DNA from: Psychrobacter sp. DM4
GTDB taxonomy: Bacteria > Pseudomonadota > Gammaproteobacteria > Pseudomonadales > Moraxellaceae
Length of the DNA stretch: 32,000 bases
NCBI RefSeq assembly: GCF_051307035.1
Contig: NZ_CP195536.1
Span: forward strand, 300,001 to 332,000
Reading direction: 5' to 3'
Shown piece by piece: positions 1-8,602 of the stretch. Under the pieces are notes generated by a model, which had not been told where the DNA came from, did no database searches, and was given only the letters and a program-made list of their open reading frames with translations. The stretch's first letter is position 1. Each line of letters opens with the position of its first letter. Made by a program: the position numbers and the translations under genes.

Positions 1-2
1 GT

Positions 3-464
3 CAAATACTCAGTGATCAAAGCAAGTGGCAGCAGGCAGTAGAGGTATTACAAAGTCAGCAGCGCCTGTATCCTGAGCGCCGTGACCTACGTCTGTATCT
101 AGCCGAAGCTCTGACCAATAGCAATCAGCCTACCCAAGCCCAAGTCCTACTAAAACCACTAACGCAGCAGGAGCCAAGCGATCGTTACGCGTGGCAAAGT
201 ATGCAACTGGCAAATGAAAAATTAGCCAAAACGACAGAGATAACGGCGCTAGCAAATATCGCTACTATCAATGCGCTGCGTTACCGTAGTCAAAACCAGT
301 TGTGGAGCGGTCGCTACGACAGTGCTCTGACATCGCTTAATCAGGCCAAGCAGTTGAGTGAGCAACTACAAAACACCGCGCAAGCTAATAGTGCTCCGCC
401 TTTGCTCGCTAACATTAGAGCTGAGATCAAAAACGTCAAAACTGCCAAAAGCTTTGAGCCTTAA
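3..464 (+). CDS. C-terminal fragment of a helical-repeat (TPR-like) protein; 5' end lies outside the window
   Basis: Reading by hand, the frame of the listed 201..464 ORF stays open back to position 3, so the Met at 201 is internal. Composition is Ala/Leu/Gln-rich and helical-repeat-like (LYLAEALTNSNQPTQAQVLL...). Any family assignment, such as the TPR tail of an M48/BepA-like protease, is a guess. Confidence 0.5.
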   Translation, partial: QILSDQSKWQQAVEVLQSQQRLYPERRDLRLYLAEALTNSNQPTQAQVLLKPLTQQEPSDRYAWQSMQLANEKLAKTTEITALANIATINALRYRSQNQLWSGRYDSALTSLNQAKQLSEQLQNTAQANSAPPLLANIRAEIKNVKTAKSFEP

Positions 465-546
465 GCAGTTTATATGAAAGGGTTTATGCTAAGTCGTTTA
501 AGTCAAATGGCTTGCATGAAGCGGTTGTTTTAGGCGTATGGCAGTA

Positions 547-996
547 TTAGCCTTGTAGAGCGTCTTTGACTAATTTTGAGATGATTGCTGGATCAGCGCG
601 ACCTGCGGTTTTGCTTTTGAGCGCGCCCATGACACTACCCATATCACGCATTGAGGTCGCACCTTGTGCTGTAATCTCAGCGTTAACCAAAGCGGCAAGC
701 TCGCTATCGTCCATTTGTTTTGGCATAAAACCATTGATAATATCAATCTCGAACTGCTCTTTGGTCGCTAGATCTTCACGATTATTTTCAGTAAAAATAG
801 TGAGCGACTCATGACGCTGTTTAAGCTGCTTTTGCAAGACGTCTAAAACGTCAGCATCATCAAGCTGCGTTTGACGGTCAATCTCGATCTGTTTGATGAC
901 GGCTTGTACATTACGCAGCACTTTTACACGCTCAAGCTCGCGGGCTTTCATCGAAACTTTGATACTGTCAGATAACGTTTGTTTAAGATCGCTCAT
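547..996 (-). CDS. yqeY: GatB/YqeY domain-containing protein
   Basis: The 149-aa product (MSDLKQTLSDSIKVSMKARELERVKVLRNV...) has the length and motifs typical of the YqeY family. It lies downstream of rpsU on the same strand. Confidence 0.85.
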   Translation of the reverse strand: MSDLKQTLSDSIKVSMKARELERVKVLRNVQAVIKQIEIDRQTQLDDADVLDVLQKQLKQRHESLTIFTENNREDLATKEQFEIDIINGFMPKQMDDSELAALVNAEITAQGATSMRDMGSVMGALKSKTAGRADPAIISKLVKDALQG

Positions 997-1090
997 CGTT
1001 GTTGTTCCTTGTGGTTTAATGCAAGTATTGATAGCTAAAAGCTAATGGGTAAACGCCGGGTACAAAACACAATGCTAAAAAGTGTAGCAT

Positions 1091-1128
1091 AAAAAACGCT
1101 GCTGATATCAATCGATAGCAGCAGCGTT
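1091..1128 (-). terminator. Rho-independent terminator downstream of rpsU
   Basis: On the minus strand, the stem AACGCTGCTG / CAGCAGCGTT is followed by T6, the complement of the A-run at 1091-1096. Confidence 0.7.
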
Positions 1129-1176
1129 GGTATAGCACTTGTAGTACTCACATTTAAGCTATTGGCTCAATAGTAA

Positions 1177-1392
1177 TTAGTACATACGAGTAGTACGGAT
1201 CGTTTCGCGTTGCAATTTTTTCTTATAACGCTTAACAGCAGCGGCTTTTTTGCGCTTGCGCTCTTGCGTTGGTTTTTCATAAAATTCGCGTTTGCGTACG
1301 TCTGATAGAACGCCAGCTTTTTCACAAGCACGCTTAAAACGGCGGATAGCGATATCTACGGGTTCGTTTTCTTTAACCTTAACAGCAGGCAT
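1177..1392 (-). CDS. rpsU: 30S ribosomal protein S21
   Basis: The 71-aa product [60 protein letters not shown] is near-identical in pattern to bacterial S21. Confidence 0.97.
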   Translation of the reverse strand: MPAVKVKENEPVDIAIRRFKRACEKAGVLSDVRKREFYEKPTQERKRKKAAAVKRYKKKLQRETIRTTRMY

Positions 1393-1727
1393 TGAGACTC
1401 CTTATCGGGATGAGATATAAAGGCATTAGTTTGGCTGTGTATTAGTATTTAGCCGTAATATCTCAAGATTACAGGCATCAGCTCAAACTAGGATAGCTTA
1501 TGCAAACAGCATAAGGGCGGTAATTATACTCAAAAAATAAGATAAAGTCAAAATATTTACACGGTTTTATACCGATAATAAGGCTAAGTTGAGACTAGAG
1601 CGTCCCTTAAAATGTAATGGTCGCGCACAAAAAGTCCATACGGTTTATACGTATTAAAAGCAGTTTATGTTATGATAATTTTATATTACCACAACTTATT
1701 CAGATTGATTTTTACAAGGATTTTGGG

Positions 1728-2252
1728 ATGAAGAAGACAGTACTAAACGCATCACTATGGACAGCATTGCTCATCGGCTCAGGTATAGCTCTTAGCGCTT
1801 GCGGCGGCAGCGTAGAAGGTTCTCATGATGTTTTGGCTGTTGAACGCGTTAACGATGCGGCAAATCTAGCTCGTGCAAATGCTCCTGAAGCCGAGGATTT
1901 TGAATTTCCAGCAACGACGCCGATGGTTGTTGCTGAGACGGCTACTACAGATGAGATGGCAATGGCAACAGATATGCCCGTAGAAGCTGGCGCGCCTGCA
2001 GAGGACTTGGCGGTCAATGTCGGTGCTGAGCTTTATAACAATCAATGTATGGCCTGCCATGCAACGGGTCTACTCAATGCTCCCAAATATGGTGACGCAG
2101 CAGCTTGGGCCCCTCGTATCGCAAAAGGCGTCGATACGCTAGCCTCTCATTCTGCAAATGGCTTTAATCAGATGCCAGCACAGGCTTATAATGGTGTGAC
2201 CGAAGCACAAATTCGTCAAGCTGTTGAATATATGATTGAGGCGGCTAGCTAG
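1728..2252 (+). CDS. Lipoprotein-anchored cytochrome c5-family monohaem cytochrome
   Basis: The CMACH haem-binding motif is followed by ...NAPKYGD.. and ..GFNQMPA.., typical of cytochrome c5. I place the start at the internal ATG at 1728, which gives MKKTVLNASLWTALLIGSGIALSAC, a signal peptide plus LSAC lipobox. The 1617 start in the ORF track adds an implausible leader. An acidic Ala/Thr/Glu linker precedes the haem domain. Confidence 0.85.
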   Translation: MKKTVLNASLWTALLIGSGIALSACGGSVEGSHDVLAVERVNDAANLARANAPEAEDFEFPATTPMVVAETATTDEMAMATDMPVEAGAPAEDLAVNVGAELYNNQCMACHATGLLNAPKYGDAAAWAPRIAKGVDTLASHSANGFNQMPAQAYNGVTEAQIRQAVEYMIEAAS

Positions 2253-2286
2253 TACAAGCTTATAAGCTATTGAAATTTGCTAAACT

Positions 2287-2320
2287 GACCGTCATTGTGG
2301 GTGCACAGTGACGGTTTTTT
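2287..2320 (+). terminator. Rho-independent terminator after the cytochrome c5 gene
   Basis: The stem CCGTCATTGTG / CACAGTGACGG has one mismatch and is followed by T6 at 2315-2320. Confidence 0.7.
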
Positions 2321-2386
2321 ATGGCTACTCTTTTGCTAATAACTATAGAATAACCCAATTGGTAGCGAGGCAAAAGTCACTATAAA

Positions 2387-2435
2387 GTATGAAGTATGAA
2401 GTATGAAGTATGAAGTATGAAGTATGAAGTATAAA
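2387..2435. repeat. Heptanucleotide tandem repeat: (GTATGAA) x6 plus one degenerate unit GTATAAA
   Basis: Six perfect units were counted directly, at 2387-2428, and then GTATAAA at 2429-2435. The tsaD start context GGTATGAAGGTA at 2445-2456 is itself a further near-copy. Confidence 0.95.
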
Positions 2436-2446
2436 GGGGTGAGGGT

Positions 2447-3496
2447 ATGAAGGTATTAGGGTTGGAGACCTCTTGTGATGAGACGGGTCTGGCTATTTTT
2501 GATAGCGAGCAGATTAATAGTGATAATAAAGGTCTGATCGGTCAGGTATTGTACTCTCAAGTAGAGCTCCATGCCCTCTACGGCGGCGTGGTACCTGAGC
2601 TTGCCAGTCGTGACCATATTCGCAAACTGGTACCACTACTTAACGAATTGCTTGCGCAGTGCGGTATCAAAAAAACCGACATTGACGCCATTGCTTATAC
2701 CAAAGGTCCAGGTCTTATCGGCGCACTGATGACAGGTGCGCTATTTGGTCGCAGCTTGGCTTATGGTTTAGATATTCCAGCGATTGGGGTGCATCATATG
2801 GAGGGGCATTTGCTCGCGCCGCTTATGGGTGCAAATCCGCCGCCTTTTCCCTTTGTATCTCTATTGGTCTCTGGTGGTCATACGCTCCTGATTGCCGCAC
2901 ACGGTATCGGGGAGTATGAGATATTAGGTGAATCGATAGATGATGCGGCAGGAGAGTGTTTTGATAAAGCTGCTAAGATGCTAAGTCTGCCTTACCCTGG
3001 TGGTCCCAATATCGCCAAACTTGCAGAAACTGGCAATCAAAAGGCCTACGCCTTACCGCGTCCTATGCTCCATCGCGGGTTAGATTTTTCTTTTAGCGGG
3101 ATGAAAACAGCGGTGCATAATCTGATCAAAGATACAGATGGCTCAGGAACTGGCTCCGATAGCGATCCAAAAGTTCGAGCTGACATTGCAGCAAGCTTTC
3201 AACATGCGATGGTCGATACCTTAGTCAAAAAATGCGTCAAAGCACTCAAACAAACCGATATGAGTCGTTTAGTTATCGCAGGCGGGGTCAGTGCCAATAC
3301 TCATTTGCGTGAAACGCTAGAAACTGAACTGGCGAAGATAGACGCCACTGTACATTATGCACCGCCTGCGCTGTGTACTGATAATGGGGCGATGATAGCC
3401 TATGCAGGGTATGAGCGCTTACAAGCGGGGCAGTCTGATGATCTGGCCGTAAGCTGCGTACCACGTTGGCCGATGACCGAACTGCCAGCACTTTAA
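2447..3496 (+). CDS. tsaD: tRNA N6-adenosine threonylcarbamoyltransferase (t6A synthesis, Kae1/Gcp family)
   Basis: The product runs [19 protein letters not shown]...[12 protein letters not shown]...LLVSGGHT..., the canonical TsaD motifs including the HxxxH metal site. It is 349 aa. Confidence 0.95.
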   Translation: MKVLGLETSCDETGLAIFDSEQINSDNKGLIGQVLYSQVELHALYGGVVPELASRDHIRKLVPLLNELLAQCGIKKTDIDAIAYTKGPGLIGALMTGALFGRSLAYGLDIPAIGVHHMEGHLLAPLMGANPPPFPFVSLLVSGGHTLLIAAHGIGEYEILGESIDDAAGECFDKAAKMLSLPYPGGPNIAKLAETGNQKAYALPRPMLHRGLDFSFSGMKTAVHNLIKDTDGSGTGSDSDPKVRADIAASFQHAMVDTLVKKCVKALKQTDMSRLVIAGGVSANTHLRETLETELAKIDATVHYAPPALCTDNGAMIAYAGYERLQAGQSDDLAVSCVPRWPMTELPAL

Positions 3497-3545
3497 ATTT
3501 TGCTCCAAATCTTAATCGGTTCTAAATCACAAAAAGGATAACGCG

Positions 3546-3917
3546 ATGCAGTGGCTAGCCATAGGTTTAGGAGCAGCGATTGGCGCGTGTCTGCGCGCGT
3601 GGCTATCACGCTTTAATATAATGCACAGCTGGATACCATTGGGCACCCTTGGCGCGAATGTATTAGGTGGTCTGCTGATAGGCCTTGCGCTAGTATGGTT
3701 CGAGCGTATGGGCAGTGATTTGTCCGATACGGTTCGCGTGTTTATTATCACAGGGTTTTTAGGTGGACTGACCACTTTTAGCACCTTTAGTGCCGAGGTC
3801 TTTGGCTTTATCCATGATGGGCGAGTGCTGGCAGGCTTAGGGCTTGTGGGGTTACATGTAGGGCTCACACTACTTGCAACTGCGCTGGGATTTTACTTTT
3901 TTAAGCTGGTTTTATGA
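3546..3917 (+). CDS. crcB: Fluoride ion channel CrcB/FluC
   Basis: The 123-aa product is a four-TM small membrane protein with [10 protein letters not shown], the characteristic CrcB motif. Confidence 0.9.
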   Translation: MQWLAIGLGAAIGACLRAWLSRFNIMHSWIPLGTLGANVLGGLLIGLALVWFERMGSDLSDTVRVFIITGFLGGLTTFSTFSAEVFGFIHDGRVLAGLGLVGLHVGLTLLATALGFYFFKLVL

Positions 3918-4167
3918 GCTTTTATAGGTATTACCTGCTTGATGGTTTGATTTGAGTAGTTTTCTTATAGCAGTCTATTTTAGGTGGCCTATTAATAGGT
4001 TTAAAGGGTGAAATGACTGGTTCGGTTGGGGTATACCTGAAATAAATATTAAACAGTTATAAGTGAGCTAGCTATTTTAACTAAAGTCTTAAAGTTTATT
4101 TGATAGCGAGTTCTAAGTATATCGAGTTGGATTTGCAAAATAGTTTGAAGCTGATTTTAAAATACTC

Positions 4168-4204
4168 TTGATTTATTCCAATATGTCTATATTATTGGAC
4201 ATAT
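4168..4204 (+). promoter_or_regulatory. Candidate arsR promoter with an embedded inverted repeat (putative ArsR operator)
   Basis: TTGATT (4168-4173), a 16-nt spacer and TATTAT (4190-4195) form a promoter-like pair. A perfect 7-bp inverted repeat, ATATGTC (4181-4187) N10 GACATAT (4198-4204), brackets the -10 element and overlaps the first ATG of arsR. Confidence 0.4.
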
Positions 4205-4562
4205 GGAAATAATGAATGCTACTGCCAGCTTTGCGGCGCTCTCTCAAGATACTCGATTAAAGGCTTTTAGACTGCTGGTCAGTCACGAGCCTGATGGTCT
4301 ACCTGCTGGTGAAATCGCCCGTCAGCTTGGCGTCCCGCACAATACGATGTCAGCGCATTTAGCAGTACTGGCACGGGCAGAATGGGTGGTGTCGCAACGA
4401 CAAAGCCGACAGATAATTTATCGAGCTTCTCTTAAGCAGGTAGAAGAGGTCGTTCAATTCTTGTTAAAAGACTGCTGTGCGGGCCACCCAGAGTTGTGTC
4501 ATTCACTTTTGGACAGTTTGAGTACCTGTGATATCAATTCATCTAATCAGTCCGATAGCTAA
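4203..4562 (+). CDS. arsR: ArsR/SmtB-family metalloregulator (arsenite-responsive repressor)
   Basis: The wHTH core reads LSQDTRLKAFRLLV...AGEIARQLGVPHNTMSAHLAVLARAEWV. The C-terminal segment DCCAGHPELC is a vicinal Cys pair plus a third Cys. The start could be ATG 4203 or ATG 4212. Confidence 0.85.
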   Translation: MEIMNATASFAALSQDTRLKAFRLLVSHEPDGLPAGEIARQLGVPHNTMSAHLAVLARAEWVVSQRQSRQIIYRASLKQVEEVVQFLLKDCCAGHPELCHSLLDSLSTCDINSSNQSDS

Positions 4563-4614
4563 ACTTAGATTTTCTCTAAAAACACAAATCCTACTAATGG
4601 TATAAAAGGTCGTT

Positions 4615-5754
4615 ATGTCATCTATCATTTTTCACAATCCGAGCTGCGGCACCTCTCGCAATACCTTAGCTATTATGCAGGCGTCAGGTGAGCAGCCGAA
4701 TGTCATTGAATACCTCAAGACACCGCCTACTCGTGAGTATTTGCTTGAGCTGCTAGCTTTGATGACACTTTCGCCACGCGAGCTATTACGTCGTAACGGG
4801 ACGCCTTATGATGAGTTAGGTCTGGATAATCCTGCGTTGTCTGACGATGAGCTGATTGATGCCATGATGGCGCATCCTATCTTGATCAACCGACCTATTG
4901 TGGTGACCTCTAGCGGCGCCGCGTTGTGTCGACCTTCGGAGAAGGTGTTTGAGCTATTGGACAATCCAGTGAATCATTTCACTAAAGAAGATGGCGAAAT
5001 TGTTCAATCTACTCAAGATAATGCTTCAGACTCTTTTATCGAGTTAACTGACTTACCAAATATAGAGGCATCGGGGCTACAGCCGATTGATATCGATGCT
5101 TTAGTTGGTGCAAATGATCCCCGTCATTCCCCTAAAATACTAGTGTTATATGGCTCACTACGCGCGCGCTCATTCTCTAAATTAGCGAGCGAGGAAGCCA
5201 GTCGAATATTGCGTTGGTTCGGTTGCGAGGTACGCACCTTTGATCCTACAGGCTTACCATTACCTGATAGTACCGATACTGATCATCCAAAAGTACAAGA
5301 GTTACGTGAGCTAGCAATGTGGTCAGAGGGCATGCTGTGGGTGAGTCCTGAACGTCATGGCAGTATCACTAGTATTATGAAAGCGCAGATCGATTGGATT
5401 CCCCTATCATTAGGCGGCGTTCGTCCGACTCAAGGTAAAACGCTTGCTGTCATGCAAGTTAGCGGTGGTAGTCAGAGCTTTAACACGGTCAATCAGCTGC
5501 GTATTTTAGGCCGATGGATGCGTATGATTACGATACCTAATCAGTCGTCTGTGCCAAAAGCTTTTTTAGAGTTCGATGACAATGACCGTATGCTCAATTC
5601 ACCTTTATATCAGCGTATTGTTGATGTGTGCGAGGAGCTAGTGAAGTTTACATGGCTCACACGTGGTCGCGCAACTTATCTCACCGATCGCTATTCTGAG
5701 CGCGTAGAGAGCAGTGAGGAAGTCTCACAGCGCGTCAATAAAAAATCGCTTTAA
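4615..5754 (+). CDS. Fusion protein: glutaredoxin-type arsenate reductase ArsC (N-terminal ~120 aa) joined to the NADPH-dependent FMN reductase ArsH (C-terminal ~230 aa)
   Basis: The N-terminus [15 protein letters not shown]...[11 protein letters not shown]...LCRPSE...FTKEDGE aligns end to end with R773/E. coli ArsC. From about residue 150, LPNIE...[17 protein letters not shown]...WVSPERHGS...[21 protein letters not shown] is a full ArsH. The two halves form a single uninterrupted 379-codon frame. Confidence 0.85.
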   Translation: MSSIIFHNPSCGTSRNTLAIMQASGEQPNVIEYLKTPPTREYLLELLALMTLSPRELLRRNGTPYDELGLDNPALSDDELIDAMMAHPILINRPIVVTSSGAALCRPSEKVFELLDNPVNHFTKEDGEIVQSTQDNASDSFIELTDLPNIEASGLQPIDIDALVGANDPRHSPKILVLYGSLRARSFSKLASEEASRILRWFGCEVRTFDPTGLPLPDSTDTDHPKVQELRELAMWSEGMLWVSPERHGSITSIMKAQIDWIPLSLGGVRPTQGKTLAVMQVSGGSQSFNTVNQLRILGRWMRMITIPNQSSVPKAFLEFDDNDRMLNSPLYQRIVDVCEELVKFTWLTRGRATYLTDRYSERVESSEEVSQRVNKKSL

Positions 5755-5810
5755 ACTCCAGTATGTATCGTTAACCTTTTTCAGTACCCTTGTTTTACTA
5801 AGGCCTCTTT

Positions 5811-7121
5811 ATGCTCGCATTAGCGATTTTTATCGTCACCTTGACCTTAGTGATATGGCAACCCAAAGAACTAGGTATCGGTTGGAGTGCCATGGGCGGC
5901 GCAGTAGTCGCCCTACTGTTTGGGGTGGTACAATTATCAGATGTTAGCATCGTCTGGGACATCGTTTGGGATGCCACCTTTACTTTTGTCGCGCTCATCA
6001 TCATCTCCTTACTATTAGACGAAGCTGGGTTTTTTGGTTGGGCGGCATTGCATGTGGCAAGACTAGGAAATGGTCAAGGTCGACGATTATTCCCTATGAT
6101 TGTTATTTTAGGCGCATTTATTGCAGCCTTTTTTGCTAATGATGGGGCGGCGTTACTCCTCACCCCTATTGTCATTGCCATTTTATTACGCCTTGATTTT
6201 GCACCCAAATCAGCTTTAGCCTTTATTATCGCCACGGGCTTTATTGCCGATACCGCAAGTTTGCCGTTAGTGACGTCTAACTTAGTCAATATCGTTAGCG
6301 CCAATTATTTTGATATAGGTTTTGGTCGCTATGCTCTCGTTATGGTGCCCGTCAATATCGTCTCTGTTATCGCAACGCTAATAGTCTTGTGGCTTGTCTA
6401 TGCACGACATATCCCAAAGCATTATTCGATGGCTAGTCTGAGCTCACCGCAATCTGCGATCAAAGATCCTTTAGTATTTCGAGCGGCCTTTCCAGTATTA
6501 GCCTTATTATTGACTGCTTATTTTGCTACTGAGTCGTTAGGTATCGTGATTTCAGTGGTAACGGGAGCTGCGGCGCTAGTGCTTATGGCAATCGCTGGTC
6601 GCTGGTGGCAAGGGGGTCGCGATACCAAGTTTTCTGTGACGCAGGTGCTGCGCAAGGCTCCTTGGCAAATCGTCTTGTTTTCGATCGGTATGTATTTAGT
6701 CGTTTATGGTTTAGGTAATGCAGGACTCACGGCATATGGCGCGCAAATACTGAATGGGTTAGGACAGCAAGGGGATGTTATTGCGACAATCGGTACCGGC
6801 TTTTTATCAGCTATCGTCGCGTCTATTATGAACAATATGCCGTCAACGCTTATCGGCGCACTGGCTATTGATAGCGCTCAAGTTCCTGCGGCAACGCGTG
6901 AGTTAATGATTTATGCCAATGTTATTGGTAATGACTTGGGGCCAAAGTTCACCCCAATTGGTAGCTTAGCAACCTTGTTATGGCTACATGTACTCGCGGA
7001 AAAGGAGTATAAAATCAGCTGGGGTCAGTATATAAAAGTTGGACTAGTCATAACACCGCCAGTACTCCTCGCGACGCTGTTAGCTTTAGTAATTTGGTTG
7101 CCTATGTTACCCAGCGTTTGA
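5811..7121 (+). CDS. arsB: Arsenite/antimonite efflux permease, ArsB family
   Basis: [32 protein letters not shown]...[16 protein letters not shown]...[22 protein letters not shown] is collinear with E. coli ArsB. It is 436 aa and polytopic. Confidence 0.92.
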   Translation: MLALAIFIVTLTLVIWQPKELGIGWSAMGGAVVALLFGVVQLSDVSIVWDIVWDATFTFVALIIISLLLDEAGFFGWAALHVARLGNGQGRRLFPMIVILGAFIAAFFANDGAALLLTPIVIAILLRLDFAPKSALAFIIATGFIADTASLPLVTSNLVNIVSANYFDIGFGRYALVMVPVNIVSVIATLIVLWLVYARHIPKHYSMASLSSPQSAIKDPLVFRAAFPVLALLLTAYFATESLGIVISVVTGAAALVLMAIAGRWWQGGRDTKFSVTQVLRKAPWQIVLFSIGMYLVVYGLGNAGLTAYGAQILNGLGQQGDVIATIGTGFLSAIVASIMNNMPSTLIGALAIDSAQVPAATRELMIYANVIGNDLGPKFTPIGSLATLLWLHVLAEKEYKISWGQYIKVGLVITPPVLLATLLALVIWLPMLPSV

Positions 7122-7618
7122 GTAAGAAGTTATTCTTATAGTTCGGTGTCTGTATAGCGCACCGATCATGCTCCCATGACAGAGTTTATGACAAATAAGG
7201 ATTAGCAGTATATTTAATATAAACTATGTTATTAAGGTATCAAAAAATATTCAAGATAATATCAGAGTAGATCATTTAGGTACTGTAATACATATTTTTG
7301 ATCAAAATTCCCCTATGTATGAAACTGAATTCACTGATAACGAAGGTTGTGCACTTGTAACTGTGCCTTTGAAAAAAGAAGATATGAGCCTTTATTGGGT
7401 TGCCAGCACTAAAAAATATTCTAATGAGTCAACCCGATCATTAAGTACATTCAGATGTACACTGATTCAATCCAAGATACCATATACATCGAAATCAATA
7501 GGCTACAGCCAAACATTCAAGTCCTCATCAGGAAACCACCATTTACCATAACGTCCATCAGGGTATAAAAAGGTATTCAATGTTTCCTCATTGGAAGAAT
7601 GTTATGGATAATGACACT

Positions 7619-8509
7619 TTAAACCGGTTTAACGATTCCTTCTAGTAAGTTTGCAAACCCTTGCATATAAGCCGTACCTTGGCTTGAGCTGCGCGTCGCT
7701 GCATAGAGCTGACAATGCACCCCATCACCTAATGGACGCGAAACCACCCAGCCTTTTTTCTCATACTCGCTCACCACCCAATCAGGGAGTGCCGCCACCC
7801 CGCGCTCGCTCGCGACCAATTGAATCAGCATCGCTGTTAGCTCAGTGGTGCGGATACGCTTAAAGCTCACATCGCTTGGCGTCATAAAATTAGCAATAAT
7901 ATCTAGACGCTTGGCCTCAACTGGATAAGCAATTAAGGTTTCATCGATTAAATCACTAGGCTCAATAACCTGATGCGCTGCCAAATCGTGCGTTGGCGAT
8001 AACACCAAACGGCTCTCATATTCAAATAACGGCTGATAGCTGATGCCGTCTATCGGTAGATTGCTCGTGGTAATTAGCAAATCGATATCACCCTCAACCA
8101 GCAAGTGATGCGGCTCAGGCTCAAACCCTGTGGCAAAATCTAGTTCGACATCTGACCACGCGCGGCGATATTGGTTGAGTATTGGCATCAGCCAGTCAAA
8201 ACAACTATGGCATTCAGACGCTAGGCGCAATCTGCCCGCTTGCCCGTGGGCTAGACGTTTGAGGTTGGATTTGGTACGGGTGACTTGTGGCATGATACTG
8301 TCAGCGAGTGCCAATACGGTCTTGCCTGCTGGCGTAAAAGTAAGCGGACGCGTACGACGATTGACTAGACTGATGTCGTAGTAGTTCTCAAGCTCTTTTA
8401 GCTGATGCGAGACGGCAGAAGCGGTGACGTGTAGCTCATCGGCGGCGGCAGCTAGCGAGCCATGTGCTCGTAGCGCGGTTAACGTATTAAGGTGGCGAAG
8501 CTCTAACAT
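7619..8509 (-). CDS. metR: LysR-family transcriptional regulator, MetR-like
   Basis: It is collinear with E. coli MetR over its whole length (LRHLNTLTALRAHGSLAAAADELHVTASAVSHQ...LASECHSCFDWLMP...IAALPDWVV...LYAA). Confidence 0.75.
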   Translation of the reverse strand: MLELRHLNTLTALRAHGSLAAAADELHVTASAVSHQLKELENYYDISLVNRRTRPLTFTPAGKTVLALADSIMPQVTRTKSNLKRLAHGQAGRLRLASECHSCFDWLMPILNQYRRAWSDVELDFATGFEPEPHHLLVEGDIDLLITTSNLPIDGISYQPLFEYESRLVLSPTHDLAAHQVIEPSDLIDETLIAYPVEAKRLDIIANFMTPSDVSFKRIRTTELTAMLIQLVASERGVAALPDWVVSEYEKKGWVVSRPLGDGVHCQLYAATRSSSQGTAYMQGFANLLEGIVKPV

Positions 8510-8530
8510 AGCGTATCTTTATATTTTAGA

Positions 8531-8574
8531 TGAGAGAAATTCATTATAATCGACATCACAATGAATTCCACTCA
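8531..8574. promoter_or_regulatory. Two near-matches to the MetR box (TGAA-N5-TTCA) upstream of the metR-like gene
   Basis: TGAGAGAAATTCA (8531-8543) has one mismatch to the consensus. TGAATTCCACTCA (8562-8574) has one half-site mismatch (CTCA for TTCA) and a central C where the E. coli consensus has A/T. Both lie 20-65 bp upstream of the metR start at 8509. Confidence 0.3.
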
Positions 8575-8602
8575 AATTTATAGCCTTCCATTTGGTTTGG
8601 TG

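Noticed and set aside
566-814. 82-aa ORF antisense to yqeY. The same class includes 1823..2017, 1866..2060, 3288..3491, 3527..3868, 6074..6304, 7651..7863, 8130..8381, 8751..9110, 9648..9836, 10484..10714, 10856..11101, 11209..11436, 13012..13329, 14005..14265, 15513..16322 (three ORFs), 20155..20340, 20487..20750, 23806..23988, 24104..24391, 24211..24420, 25228..25485 and 29278..29472.
   Set aside because: All lie entirely or largely inside, and antisense or out of frame to, genes with strong family-level identification. Their translations are low-complexity or Ser/Arg/Cys-rich shadow-frame products with no motifs.
2387-2435. Could the short tandem repeats be a CRISPR array?
   Set aside because: The 7-bp units are contiguous with no spacers and there are no cas genes. 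It is a microsatellite, not a CRISPR array.
3497-3545. Possible fluoride riboswitch upstream of crcB.
   Set aside because: Only 49 nt separate tsaD and crcB. None of the conserved crcB-motif pseudoknot segments are visible, so crcB is more likely co-transcribed with tsaD.
5714-6004. ORFs 5714..5947 (+) and 5798..6004 (-) spanning the arsCH/arsB junction.
   Set aside because: They overlap the well-supported end of arsCH and start of arsB in other frames, and they have no motifs.
7315-7551. 78-aa ORF in the AT-rich spacer after arsB.
   Set aside because: It has no Shine-Dalgarno sequence (the upstream context is AAAATTCCCCT), an atypical Ser/Thr/Tyr-rich composition and no motif. An ORF of this length is easily produced by chance in such a region. 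It is kept only as part of the spacer finding.
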